From the IMG/VR virus record IMGVR_UViG_3300022305_000561: DNA of 64,000 nt. One strand, given 5' to 3'. The notes below the pieces were generated by a model that did no database searches, had not been told where the DNA came from, and saw only the letters and a list, made by a program, of their open reading frames with translations. Positions 19,631 through 29,252 of this stretch are shown here, one piece after another. Within the stretch, counting starts at the first letter, position 1. The number at the start of each line of letters is the position of its first letter. This DNA is from a virus. Lineage: Duplodnaviria; Caudoviricetes. Both the position numbers and the translations under genes were made by a program.

Positions 19631-20566
19631 TTAAATATTAATTAGAGTCTTAACAACCTTAATAGTGGTTACAGCATTCACTGGCGTTATCAATAAACGC
19701 AAGTTTCCTCCACTAATATCAGCATCAAAAGCAGCTAGAGCCGCTCCAGTTAATATATCTCCAAATCCACTTATGTATACGAGAGTCCCATCGTGCAGAA
19801 CATTTAAGTTGCAACAATGGTAAGCACTTCCTGATGTAACTTGTAGAAAATAACTAACTGCTCTGTATGTGGCAATCGCGTTTGAATCAATAACCTGATT
19901 TGCAGTTGTAGCTGATGTAACTAAAGTTGATGAACTAATTGTTCCATTAGCTAAGGCAGGAAGTTGAGCAACATTTATTACATTACCTAAACCAACATCT
20001 GTAGGAGTAAGAGTGACAACTCCTACTTTACCAGCAACAGATACAACATCAGATGAACCACCTTGTAATAAATCCCAAGTTGTACCGTTAGAGATAATCA
20101 TATCCCCAAGTGACCAAATAGCATTACCATCAATAGAGGTAGTACCTGCGACACTAACCTTATAATACCAACCTTCGGTAGGACTGCTTGTTGAAGTTAA
20201 AGCAGGGCTATTAGTTGAAGCATTCCATAGTCCTTTGTAGACTAAACCTCCAGCAGCTGCTATACCACTTGCAGCAGCGGTAATTCTACCCTTGCTATCT
20301 ACAGTCAAATTGACGTTAGTGTACACTCCTGCTGTAACCGCTGTATTAGCAAGTGTTGTAGCAGCAGTCCCAACAGTAGTGGTAATATCCCCTGTTAGTG
20401 CAGGTAGTTGAGCAGCAGGTACTGTTCCTGATGTTAAGTTAGTAGCGTTAGATGAAAATGCCTTAGTTGAGGCATCTTGAGGGTTAGTAGGATCGGTGAC
20501 ATTAGTAATAGTTTTATTATTGCCATCTAAACCAGAAATAGATTTAAATCTTGAAAAAGTTGCCAT
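19631..20566 (-). CDS. tail fibre protein
   Basis: ITNVTDPT..QDA.TK, TVDSKGRITAA, YKG.WNASTN, V.SVAGKVG.V.L..DVGLGNV. Confidence 0.7.
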   Translation of the reverse strand: MATFSRFKSISGLDGNNKTITNVTDPTNPQDASTKAFSSNATNLTSGTVPAAQLPALTGDITTTVGTAATTLANTAVTAGVYTNVNLTVDSKGRITAAASGIAAAGGLVYKGLWNASTNSPALTSTSSPTEGWYYKVSVAGTTSIDGNAIWSLGDMIISNGTTWDLLQGGSSDVVSVAGKVGVVTLTPTDVGLGNVINVAQLPALANGTISSSTLVTSATTANQVIDSNAIATYRAVSYFLQVTSGSAYHCCNLNVLHDGTLVYISGFGDILTGAALAAFDADISGGNLRLLITPVNAVTTIKVVKTLINI

Positions 20567-20575
20567 TAGAATTCC

Positions 20576-21019
20576 TTATGATGGTAATAGGGTACGAGTA
20601 ATTTTGAAAACTGTGTTTATAATTGACGGAGTTGCCATAAGTTGTACTGAACTAGAGTTTATACTGACATCAAATACAACTAATGGAGTTGATGTGTATA
20701 TGTTGGCATACTCAACTAAACTGACTGTGCTATTGTCATGAATAACAAGCAATTCACATACTTGTCTGGTTGTTCCATTAGTGGCATATACCACATATTT
20801 TGCAGAACCATATTGGGTATATGAAAACGTATCAATGACTTGTTTATTAAGAGTATTGTCTGTAATAAACGAATGAACTAAGTCTCCTGCCCCCGATGGT
20901 CCTTGAGTTGCAGAAACAATAGTGCTAGATGTATTAATATCAGAACTTATGATAGTGCTAATAACATCTGTCTGTAATGTAAGAATAGTATCAGAGGGCA
21001 TACTTAGTGTAGAAGGCAT
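20576..21019 (-). CDS. virion structural protein, paralogous to the C-terminal domain of 19631-20566
   Basis: QVIDTF..Y.SAKY..ELLVIHD..FD..I..L..TP shared with the preceding ORF. Confidence 0.6.
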   Translation of the reverse strand: MPSTLSMPSDTILTLQTDVISTIISSDINTSSTIVSATQGPSGAGDLVHSFITDNTLNKQVIDTFSYTQYGSAKYVVYATNGTTRQVCELLVIHDNSTVSLVEYANIYTSTPLVVFDVSINSSSVQLMATPSIINTVFKITRTLLPS

Positions 21020-21372
21020 TAACGTGTGACCTCTGGTTTAAAGGTCACTCTCCCTTCTATTAGCCTGATTACATCACCATTTGAAAAATACACTTCCATA
21101 TCATATACGCCACCAAATCCAACAAGGGCAGATGTGTCTGCTGATGAAATGTATAAATCAATTTTACCCAATAAAGGGGTTATTATAATTCTGTTATTTG
21201 ATGTACTCAATTCGACAATAACAATAGGAGAATCAATAGATTCCCTTACTTGTATTCTTGCGGTACATCCTGTTAAGTTGATTGCTGTATTAGCTGAATC
21301 TTTCCAGAATAAGGTATGTCTATAAGTAGCACCTTTTTCTATTATAGGTAAGTTCAATTTAGATGCTGCCAT
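21019..21372 (-). CDS. baseplate/fibre adaptor-like structural protein
   Basis: IEKGAT..INLTG.TAR.QVR..GVYD.E..RLIEG.V...PEVT; late promoter at 21401-21408 (-). Confidence 0.6.
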   Translation of the reverse strand: MAASKLNLPIIEKGATYRHTLFWKDSANTAINLTGCTARIQVRESIDSPIVIVELSTSNNRIIITPLLGKIDLYISSADTSALVGFGGVYDMEVYFSNGDVIRLIEGRVTFKPEVTR

Positions 21373-21409
21373 AAAAATCCTTGTGATAACTGTTTATTAC
21401 TATTTATAC

Positions 21410-22441
21410 TTATTGGTCCTTAAAGTATTCTACCTCACGTTCATGTTTCTCTGCCGCTTCTTTAGAATCAAATGTGCCTAAGTTCTTACCAGTCTTTCTA
21501 GATACTAATCTCCACTTATCACCAAAATTGACAATATGCTCAGCTAGGTAGAAGTCTTTGAATGATACTAACGACTCACCCAATACAGCATTAATCTTAT
21601 GAAGAGCATTAACTTTCTCTGCACCTTTAGGAGTGCCAATCTCTCCCGATTTTACAATTATCATTGAGCTGAATACGCCTTTGATTCTGTTCTTACTTCT
21701 AGGGTTCTTAATATTCTTCTTAACTTGTTTCAATAGAGTATCAAAGTCAACATCAAGGTCATACTTGTTTAGTATCTTTTTGATATCATCAAAGTTTCTA
21801 CTTTTCCAAACTACTGTTCTACTTTTCTGTTTGAATGAATCTGGTTCATAAACTACATGACGTAATTGAAGCTCTATACTAGATAGGTTGAACTCATACT
21901 CTTCATCTTTAGGTAATTCTGTTGGTGCATGAATACCCATCTTAGCAAACAGAGTTTTCAATGGTTGCTCAATAGTAGCAACTTTAACTAACCCTAATAT
22001 CAAACCTTGTTTCTCTGCAGCAAAGTCAAGAAATATCTTTTTGAAGTCTGCTTCAGATTTATCAAGTGCTATAATATTATCGATCTGTACTGAATAATTT
22101 ATATTTGGACAATGATACCTAACAGTGACTATCTCGCCAGTGTTGTTAAATTTCTTACCTTTATGCTTTTCTGAAGAAAATGGAACTATGACTGCATCTG
22201 AATATTTTGAAAAAAATACACCCATCTTTTTCTTAACTGTTGCTTTATCATCAGGAGAATTAACGTGTACTATCAAATCTACATCTCCAAACTCAGTTTT
22301 GGATAGATTAGAGTTATATGATCCAGATGGTTCCATAGAAACAAATCCAGGGAATTGTTTGATTATTTTCTCATAAGAAGATAATACCTGCTTAAAGTGT
22401 TCTCTACTCATTATTTTTGAGCCACCAGTGCTTCCCGACAT
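21410..22441 (-). CDS. Pol-beta-superfamily nucleotidyltransferase
   Basis: SGSY..FGDVDLIV motif, later VQID; C-terminal SFKDFYLAE followed by a small domain. Confidence 0.7.
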   Translation of the reverse strand: MSGSTGGSKIMSREHFKQVLSSYEKIIKQFPGFVSMEPSGSYNSNLSKTEFGDVDLIVHVNSPDDKATVKKKMGVFFSKYSDAVIVPFSSEKHKGKKFNNTGEIVTVRYHCPNINYSVQIDNIIALDKSEADFKKIFLDFAAEKQGLILGLVKVATIEQPLKTLFAKMGIHAPTELPKDEEYEFNLSSIELQLRHVVYEPDSFKQKSRTVVWKSRNFDDIKKILNKYDLDVDFDTLLKQVKKNIKNPRSKNRIKGVFSSMIIVKSGEIGTPKGAEKVNALHKINAVLGESLVSFKDFYLAEHIVNFGDKWRLVSRKTGKNLGTFDSKEAAEKHEREVEYFKDQ

Positions 22442-22464
22442 ATTAACCTCGAAATATTGATTTG

Positions 22465-22588
22465 TATAAATACATTATATAACTATTTATATAAAAAGTA
22501 AAGGTGTTAGTCACGGTTTGCAGACCTACTAACTCTAATCATTCTTCTATTAATTACAGGAACCAATATGACCAGCAAAACTATTTAT
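22465..22588 (+). repeat. conserved endonuclease-leader module, copy B
   Basis: TATAAATA 22465; hairpin GTTAGT-CAC-GGT-ttgcag-ACC-T-ACTAAC (22506-22533); TCTAATCATTCT; ATGACCAGC. Confidence 0.9.
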
Positions 22589-23320
22589 GCCTCAGAAAAA
22601 GCACTTCCTTATGTTTACCGATTAGATAATCCTATTACAGGCGAGTTCTATATCGGATACAGAGAAGCAAACAAAACTCCATCCCATATTGATCTACCAA
22701 AATATAGAACATCTTCTAAAATTATTGAACCAAAATTTGAAGAATTTAATACTACTATTATTGCCGAATTTTTTCTTGGTGATGATGCATATGATCACGA
22801 ACAACTATCTATTTTTGAAGAATGGAACAATCCACTATTACTTAACGAAAATTGTCGATATGGTTCTATTGGAAGATTTAAAACTCCAAAAATTAGAACC
22901 GATATTCATAATATAAGGATATCGAAGGCTAAAAGAGGATTTGCTATAATGAAAGATTTTGGGGGAATTCTAATTAAAGTTTCTGTCGATGATCCTAGAA
23001 TTACATCAGGCGAATTGGTTGGACATACTAAAGGTAAGGTAACTATGAGAGATGTTACTACTGGCGTCTGTTTACAGGTTTTCTTAGATGATCCTAGAAT
23101 TGCATCAGGCGAATTGGTAGGTGCAAATAAGGGTAAAGGACACCCTCATAAATCTAAAAGGACTAAAGAACACACTGAAAAATTAAAGAAAGCTAGAATA
23201 GGTATCCCTTTACAGAAATCCACTTGCCCCCATTGTAATTTTACTGGTGGTGGAGGCAATATGAAAAGGTATCATTTTGATAATTGTAAAAAAATTATTG
23301 ACGAAGAGCGGATTCCATAG
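22568..23320 (+). CDS. GIY-YIG homing endonuclease
   Basis: PYVYRL..GEFYIGYR..Y.TSS..E..LLN; duplicated DDPRI.SGELVG; C-terminal CPHC..MKRYHFDNCK. Confidence 0.85.
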   Translation: MTSKTIYASEKALPYVYRLDNPITGEFYIGYREANKTPSHIDLPKYRTSSKIIEPKFEEFNTTIIAEFFLGDDAYDHEQLSIFEEWNNPLLLNENCRYGSIGRFKTPKIRTDIHNIRISKAKRGFAIMKDFGGILIKVSVDDPRITSGELVGHTKGKVTMRDVTTGVCLQVFLDDPRIASGELVGANKGKGHPHKSKRTKEHTEKLKKARIGIPLQKSTCPHCNFTGGGGNMKRYHFDNCKKIIDEERIP

Positions 23321-24254
23321 GTAAATATTTACCAGTTAAGGATAATTTAATTTTTCTTTTTTTCCATTCTTGTTGTAATATATCAGGTACATCACATCTA
23401 GTTGAGTCTAAAATTTTCAAATAAGTATCTACCCATTGATCATATTTAATCTTGGGTAGTTTTTTTACTACATCAAATAGCTTATAGAAATTATTTCTAT
23501 CTTCTACTGTGATCTTAACTTTTAATGCTTTAGACAAAACTTCCAATGCTTTATTTGGATCTGTTGCAATAACATTTCCTGTGATTTTATCTTTGACACC
23601 AGTAGTATGATTAAAGGACATATCTGCCACTTGAAATAATGCTAATAATCCCTGCGTGGCGTGGAGACCTTTTACATTAGACTCAATAGGATAGATATCT
23701 GAATGATATGAAAATGTTAACCAATCCATCGACCCTATAAGCCAGTCGATCTGTACTCCAATACCTACTTCATATCCTTTATCATTAATCTGTGGAAACA
23801 ACCCAAAGATGTTACCGTTTGTAACTTTAATAGGATCGCAATATAATGAAGGAGCATGACTATTAATATACAGTGTCAGTTGTTTAAGAAATGCTTTCAT
23901 CAGTAACATTTCAGGAGAGGCAGTCTTTGCTCTCTTTTCTAACTTGGCAAACTCTACATGAACTGCTTTTGGGTCAATGTTCCACTGCTCCATTGACTTA
24001 TCAGACATTGTGTGGTCAAGTAAACTCTTTGAGTCAATACCTAAATCAATATCACCACTCATTGGTTTTTTACCAACTGAACCTAGTGGTTTGAAATGAT
24101 CAAGATTGAAGATCATTGCTTTCTTAGGAAAGATATGTTTCAGTTCTTTAAAGTATGCTTCTAATGTTGGAGCAATGTGTTCTAATTTGATAGAAGCAGT
24201 CTTGCCCGCAAATACGTTTCCACCTTCCGCGATATATTCTACAAATGATTTCAT
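23295..24254 (-). CDS. Pol-beta-superfamily nucleotidyltransferase with capsid-targeting-like N-terminus
   Basis: MKSFVEYIAE|GGN; LGSVGKK..SGDIDL; VQIDW; KGLH. Confidence 0.75.
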   Translation of the reverse strand: MKSFVEYIAEGGNVFAGKTASIKLEHIAPTLEAYFKELKHIFPKKAMIFNLDHFKPLGSVGKKPMSGDIDLGIDSKSLLDHTMSDKSMEQWNIDPKAVHVEFAKLEKRAKTASPEMLLMKAFLKQLTLYINSHAPSLYCDPIKVTNGNIFGLFPQINDKGYEVGIGVQIDWLIGSMDWLTFSYHSDIYPIESNVKGLHATQGLLALFQVADMSFNHTTGVKDKITGNVIATDPNKALEVLSKALKVKITVEDRNNFYKLFDVVKKLPKIKYDQWVDTYLKILDSTRCDVPDILQQEWKKRKIKLSLTGKYLPMESALRQ

Positions 24255-24263
24255 TTACTATCC

Positions 24264-25232
24264 TTATTTTGGTACAATCTGAGGGCACATTTCACGTGGC
24301 TGTGATGTTGAAGGGTAATACAAATACCCACAATTTTTTATATAATTAGCAGGAATTTGATATCCACTTGTTGTATAGTGATATTTATGATTAGTTAAAA
24401 ACAACACACTTTTAAATCCTGCATAATCTCTATAAGCATCGTACATTGCATTTATCCAAACCTTAGTAAAATCCTTAGTACCTGCAGCCTTAATCACTTC
24501 TTGATTATCTTTACCAAACCAAGCCTTACAAGCAGCTTTCATGAACTTCTCTTTAGGAAAATCAGGCGGTAATGGAGCAGACAACATAGTAGGTCTAATA
24601 CCCTTTCCTTTAAGTGTGTATCCTTCTAAAGAATTCGTCATTCCCTGTTGATCTAAAGTTTTTACTGCAGTCAGTCTACCTCCAGTTCCACCTTTAACTT
24701 CTACCTTTCCTACACCTGCAACAATAATATCTCCACCTCTACCATACTCATCTACAGATGCACCCTGAGCATATGTTATGTTAGGCGATAATATTGCTAG
24801 AGCCGCTTCACCAGGGCCAGCATCATTCTTGCCTTTAACTTCGTCTATAAGTTTATCAAACAACTTCTTTGCAAATGGATTAGAAACTACAGTTGATATA
24901 TCTGCTGAAGCAGTCATTCCAGATGGAGGACACAACTTTTTAATATCAACAAAATCATAGTTAGATTTTTTCAAATCATCTAAAAATAATTTAACTTCAT
25001 CCACATCGCCTAGAGAGGGGATTGTTTTAACTAGATATTGGATATTATCTATTGCATCAGAGTCATTTCTGCTGTTAATATAAGATTCTATTCTATTAGA
25101 TAAAGGTTGACTTAGCAATACCTTATATAATTCAACAAACATGGGGTCATTATCATCTCGCTTGCCTAATGCTTTAATTACCTTTTGTTTTAATTGTGTA
25201 TCTTCGTGCATAAACTCTTTGAATGATATCAT
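24264..25232 (-). CDS. PD-(D/E)xK nuclease-like protein with capsid-targeting-like N-terminus
   Basis: MISFKEFMHE; GPGE..L..GGDI..VEVKG..GRL. Confidence 0.55.
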   Translation of the reverse strand: MISFKEFMHEDTQLKQKVIKALGKRDDNDPMFVELYKVLLSQPLSNRIESYINSRNDSDAIDNIQYLVKTIPSLGDVDEVKLFLDDLKKSNYDFVDIKKLCPPSGMTASADISTVVSNPFAKKLFDKLIDEVKGKNDAGPGEAALAILSPNITYAQGASVDEYGRGGDIIVAGVGKVEVKGGTGGRLTAVKTLDQQGMTNSLEGYTLKGKGIRPTMLSAPLPPDFPKEKFMKAACKAWFGKDNQEVIKAAGTKDFTKVWINAMYDAYRDYAGFKSVLFLTNHKYHYTTSGYQIPANYIKNCGYLYYPSTSQPREMCPQIVPK

Positions 25233-25240
25233 ATTAATCC

Positions 25241-25672
25241 TTAAATCTCGTAGATTGCTTTTGAGTAGTATTTATACCATTTAGGTTTTAAGCTAATTCT
25301 TTCACGTATCCTGTTTCGGATAATGACTAACGCATTAGGTGTGGGCGTATAGTTTGTAAAAAATTCAGATGGTATGCCTTCGCAATATTCAGAAAAAGCA
25401 TTCCACTCTAATTCTTTGCGATATCCTCTTTGACGAAGTTCTTCACTTAACGAGTCATATCTTTCGGACAGATATTGCATCTTATCGTAAAAGAACAGAA
25501 CATGACCTTTGTTAAGAGTAAACTCTTTAGGAATAGACTTTGAAATTTGCTGTCTTGTTTTGGTTCTCAAAGATCGCTTCAAAGCAGCAGGAACCATTTT
25601 TATTTCTCGCCATTCAGCAAATAAGTGTTGATCTGCCAGCTCTGAGGGATCTACTAGGTTTATTCTTGTCAT
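25241..25672 (-). CDS. denV: pyrimidine-dimer DNA glycosylase (endonuclease V)
   Basis: MTRINL..ELADQHL.AE.REI; F.L..GHV.FFYDK; K..WY.Y. Confidence 0.95.
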   Translation of the reverse strand: MTRINLVDPSELADQHLFAEWREIKMVPAALKRSLRTKTRQQISKSIPKEFTLNKGHVLFFYDKMQYLSERYDSLSEELRQRGYRKELEWNAFSEYCEGIPSEFFTNYTPTPNALVIIRNRIRERISLKPKWYKYYSKAIYEI

Positions 25673-25727
25673 AATATATTATCCGATTTCAAAATCATAT
25701 TATAGTATAATATGAATATAGTATCAA

Positions 25728-25758
25728 CAAAAAACCCGCCGAAGCGGGTTTAGTTTTA
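25728..25758. terminator. rho-independent terminator, probably bidirectional
   Basis: AAAAAACCCGC-CGAA-GCGGGTTT. Confidence 0.85.
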
Positions 25759-25765
25759 GTGCTAA

Positions 25766-26287
25766 CTATTGATACTTTGTATCGTGTTCTTTGTGATTTC
25801 CATACGATCCATTATATAACGATAGCGTTTCAGCGTTCCACATAACATATTGGCCAACTCGTGTTCCTTTTTTAATGAGAGCAGAGCCAATGTTGACATG
25901 CATAACGCCCGCCATCACTCCACCCACTGCTTCACCAGTATTAACATCTATCCCATATCCACTATCATATAGTCCAGACGTCAGAAACACTCCATTACGA
26001 TTCAACGTTGATCTTGTAATTACAAAACCAGATTCACCATCTGCCACAGAAATTACATTTTCCATTACTACTTCATAAGATCCAGGCTCAAGCTCAAACC
26101 AACCATCTGCGTTAGGTTCAACCGACACTGTTCCTCTGTGGACTTTTGTGGCATTATCTATTTCAAACAAGCTGTCTTTAATTCTAAATACCTTATCGAG
26201 TCTTAAATCGACAGCGTTAGATTGGACGTCTTCTTCTCTTACTCCGCTCAGAGTTGAGCGGCTTGATGGACTCATTATATGTTTCAC
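25766..26287 (-). CDS. trimeric dUTPase / dCTP deaminase family protein
   Basis: NAVDLR, RSTLNRNG, GLYDSGY, RVGQ, YNGSY. Confidence 0.85.
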   Translation of the reverse strand: MKHIMSPSSRSTLSGVREEDVQSNAVDLRLDKVFRIKDSLFEIDNATKVHRGTVSVEPNADGWFELEPGSYEVVMENVISVADGESGFVITRSTLNRNGVFLTSGLYDSGYGIDVNTGEAVGGVMAGVMHVNIGSALIKKGTRVGQYVMWNAETLSLYNGSYGNHKEHDTKYQ

Positions 26288-26345
26288 ATTTTCTCCTTAA
26301 CTTTATTGATTTCTATTGGTTCTTCTTGTGGTTTTGCGTATATCC

Positions 26346-27194
26346 TCACATATTATCTATAATAGACATATTATACCGTATATTAACTAATTTATCATCA
26401 TATTCAATATCAAAATCTACTTCTGATTCAAACTTACCCTTACGAAGACCTGTTGGAGATTGATCATATCTTATTCCATTGATTCCATGCCAAATAGCAC
26501 TAGAAGAATCCCACGAAAATATATGATCATGATACTGACTCAACAATTCAATCTCGTTTGGACCATCAGTCATACCTAGACAATGAAACCTTTTGATTGT
26601 ATTGTTGCCTATCAATCCACGTTGATCTAGTAACTTAAACATTTTAAATCTAGCTAGATATCTTTGCAAACGATAAGATTCATCTCTTGCTCCTGAGTCA
26701 TATGTCTGTTCATTGATACCTAAACCAATTGGACATGCCAATATAGATACACCAATCACATCAACATCACTATTCTCAATACCCCACTGAAAAGAATCTA
26801 ATAAGTCATCAGTCTTACCAAACTCTGATTGAGGACAGAAGAATGTTTGAAATCCAGCATCTTTGATTCTAGGTGCTAATTGGATAGCTGATTCAATAGT
26901 TTTAGATGATGCTTCTTTTGGATAATCAGACATCACAATAGAGTCTCCATTAACCAACCTAGCCATCTCAATTAACTTATTAGAGTCATACATCGGTTGA
27001 CCACGTTTAAACATCTCAAACGCTGAATTGTCTACGTGATAAAACACACTAGGATTTTCCTCCTTCAGCTTAACATAAAACTCTCTATAGTCCTTATTTT
27101 CCTCAATTAGATGAGCAAGAAGTAGATGTATAGGATATGTCTTGACTAATGGTAGATAGGATACAGGTGCGATGTGTGCAAAATTTATACTCAT
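26346..27194 (-). CDS. TGT-like TIM-barrel protein, probable DpdA-type 7-deazaguanine transglycosylase
   Basis: VDNSAFE, IVMSD, FHCLG, SWDSS motifs; lies within the que cluster. Confidence 0.65.
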   Translation of the reverse strand: MSINFAHIAPVSYLPLVKTYPIHLLLAHLIEENKDYREFYVKLKEENPSVFYHVDNSAFEMFKRGQPMYDSNKLIEMARLVNGDSIVMSDYPKEASSKTIESAIQLAPRIKDAGFQTFFCPQSEFGKTDDLLDSFQWGIENSDVDVIGVSILACPIGLGINEQTYDSGARDESYRLQRYLARFKMFKLLDQRGLIGNNTIKRFHCLGMTDGPNEIELLSQYHDHIFSWDSSSAIWHGINGIRYDQSPTGLRKGKFESEVDFDIEYDDKLVNIRYNMSIIDNM

Positions 27195-27197
27195 TTA

Positions 27198-27569
27198 TTA
27201 AACTCCTTTATAACCTTTAGTACAACCATTCTCATTATCTTCACTCACATCAATAGTAAATGATCTATCTGAGTATTTTGTGTGTATGCTATCAGCAAGG
27301 TCATCAGCTATCATTTCACAACTCTTAAAGTCTAATTGTAATGTGCCATCAGAATACAAGCTTTCTAACCATCTCTTGAATTGAATAAATTCGATATCTC
27401 TATCGTTATGTTTTACTTCAATCCAAACCTTAAACCAAAAAATATGACGATGTGGATAACCTAAGAAACTAACATCCTCTAATCCAGAATCAGTCAATGC
27501 TGCAGGATACTTATGAATACCCTCTTTTTTAAACGTCACCCAAATTGAATTATAACCCACTTCAAACAT
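27198..27569 (-). CDS. QueD paralog (DpdL-like T-fold protein)
   Basis: LGYPHRHIF fits LxxxHRHxF; DRDIEF, SCEMIA, VSEDNENG. Confidence 0.75.
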   Translation of the reverse strand: MFEVGYNSIWVTFKKEGIHKYPAALTDSGLEDVSFLGYPHRHIFWFKVWIEVKHNDRDIEFIQFKRWLESLYSDGTLQLDFKSCEMIADDLADSIHTKYSDRSFTIDVSEDNENGCTKGYKGV

Positions 27570-28029
27570 TCACTTCCCCTTTTCGTCTAGTTATACATGA
27601 TATATTATGATTTGTTGTTATCTTATATAATCCCACATTCCATAGGTCATTGTCAACAAGAAATTTCTTCATCTCTTGTCTTCCATACCAAACCATCCAT
27701 CCTGTTTTAGGATTACAATGCCATATCCTATCACTAGTTTTCTTAGGATTAAACAACCAACCTTTATTATCTGTATCTACAAAAAAGCTACCATAATCAT
27801 CAATATTAGCTTTGACGTCAGCAGTATACGACTTAAACCAGGATGGTGATTTGAATCTAATGTCTACACCAGATACTTGGTTATCATAATCACTTTCAAA
27901 TAACTCTACTTCCCACTTCCAACCTTTCATTATACTCACAACAAAGAGCTCACCCTGGTGCCCTTTAGCACCAGAATGACCAAAAGCCTCTTCTGCAGTA
28001 GTTGTCCAATGATTCACTAATCTGCTCAT
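27562..28029 (-). CDS. PD-(D/E)xK nuclease-like protein
   Basis: G..GE..Q..GVD..DVKAN. Confidence 0.5.
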   Translation of the reverse strand: MSRLVNHWTTTAEEAFGHSGAKGHQGELFVVSIMKGWKWEVELFESDYDNQVSGVDIRFKSPSWFKSYTADVKANIDDYGSFFVDTDNKGWLFNPKKTSDRIWHCNPKTGWMVWYGRQEMKKFLVDNDLWNVGLYKITTNHNISCITRRKGEVNV

Positions 28030-28044
28030 AATATAGATTCCTTA

Positions 28045-28713
28045 TTATTGACTAAGCATCATGAACTCAGCTCGACAGGCAGCATCTTTTTTAAAAATGC
28101 CTCCTAGTTTTGTTGTGATAGTTCTTGAACCTACATCTTCAACGCCTCGAGATTTTACACAAAAATGTTGAGCATCAATTCTAACAGCAATGTTGTCAGT
28201 TTTAAGAATATATTGCAAAGCGTGATATACTTGTTCAGTTAATCTTTCTTGAATCTGAGGACGTTTAGAGAAATATTCAACAATTCTATTGATTTTAGAT
28301 AAACCTAACACAGTATCACCAGGAATATACGCAACGGTAGCAAATCCATCAATCACTACTAGATGATGTTCACAGTTAGATTGGACGTTGATAGTTTTCT
28401 CAACAACCATTTCATCATATTGCATTTTGTTTTGTACGGTAGTACATTTTGGAAATGCTTCATAATCAAGCCCCCAAAACACCTCATTAACATACATTTT
28501 GGCGACACGTTTAGGAGTGTCCATCAAACTATCATCAGATAGATCTAACCCTAAAGTTTCCATGATATTCTTGAAGTTACTTTCTATAATATCGATTTTG
28601 TCTGTACGACTTAATAGACTAGGTACTTGAGGTGTCTCTACTCCAGAAGCAACTAGATGCTCATGTATTTCTAATCCTAACTTTGGATCACATTTTGTTT
28701 TATTGTAACTCAT
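28045..28713 (-). CDS. folE: GTP cyclohydrolase I
   Basis: DTPKRVAKMY, SNCEHH, GLSKINR, RPQIQERLT, HFCVKSRG. Confidence 0.97.
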   Translation of the reverse strand: MSYNKTKCDPKLGLEIHEHLVASGVETPQVPSLLSRTDKIDIIESNFKNIMETLGLDLSDDSLMDTPKRVAKMYVNEVFWGLDYEAFPKCTTVQNKMQYDEMVVEKTINVQSNCEHHLVVIDGFATVAYIPGDTVLGLSKINRIVEYFSKRPQIQERLTEQVYHALQYILKTDNIAVRIDAQHFCVKSRGVEDVGSRTITTKLGGIFKKDAACRAEFMMLSQ

Positions 28714-28778
28714 TTTTACCTTCCTTAATCGGTTATTGAATTGAATTTATTTCTATTTAACCTTCGTATATAGCAGAA

Positions 28779-29252
28779 TTAAATTTCATCCGGTACATAA
28801 AACGCAGAATTATTTTCATGTTCCCAAATCTCTACTTTTGCTATCCAAATTCTATTATCGGTTTTTTCTAAAACTGTATTAATTAAAGAATCATATACCC
28901 ATTTACATGAACCCTCTATCCCAGGACCCCAATCATTGATAGAAGGTATAATAGTTAAATATAGTAATCCATCTAATTCTGCTTGTTTTAATTTATCCAA
29001 TTTAGGATCATTTTCAGACACTAATGTCTTATGATCCCAATTATCATCTAGCCATTGTTTTATAAATTTTGCATCCCCAAAATCATAGATCCATTGATGT
29101 TGATCTAATTCACCAGCAAAGGTAAATTGAATATACCGGCTGTAACCATGACATACTGAACATTTTACCGAATCTCTATTTGAATTTGTTGCAGCCATCC
29201 AGTTTCTATGTGATGTAGAAATTGGACCTATCTTTTTAGTCGAAAAAAACAT
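28779..29252 (-). CDS. queD: 6-carboxytetrahydropterin synthase
   Basis: SHR, CSVCHGYSR, DFG, WDH, VEIWEHENN. Confidence 0.85.
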   Translation of the reverse strand: MFFSTKKIGPISTSHRNWMAATNSNRDSVKCSVCHGYSRYIQFTFAGELDQHQWIYDFGDAKFIKQWLDDNWDHKTLVSENDPKLDKLKQAELDGLLYLTIIPSINDWGPGIEGSCKWVYDSLINTVLEKTDNRIWIAKVEIWEHENNSAFYVPDEI

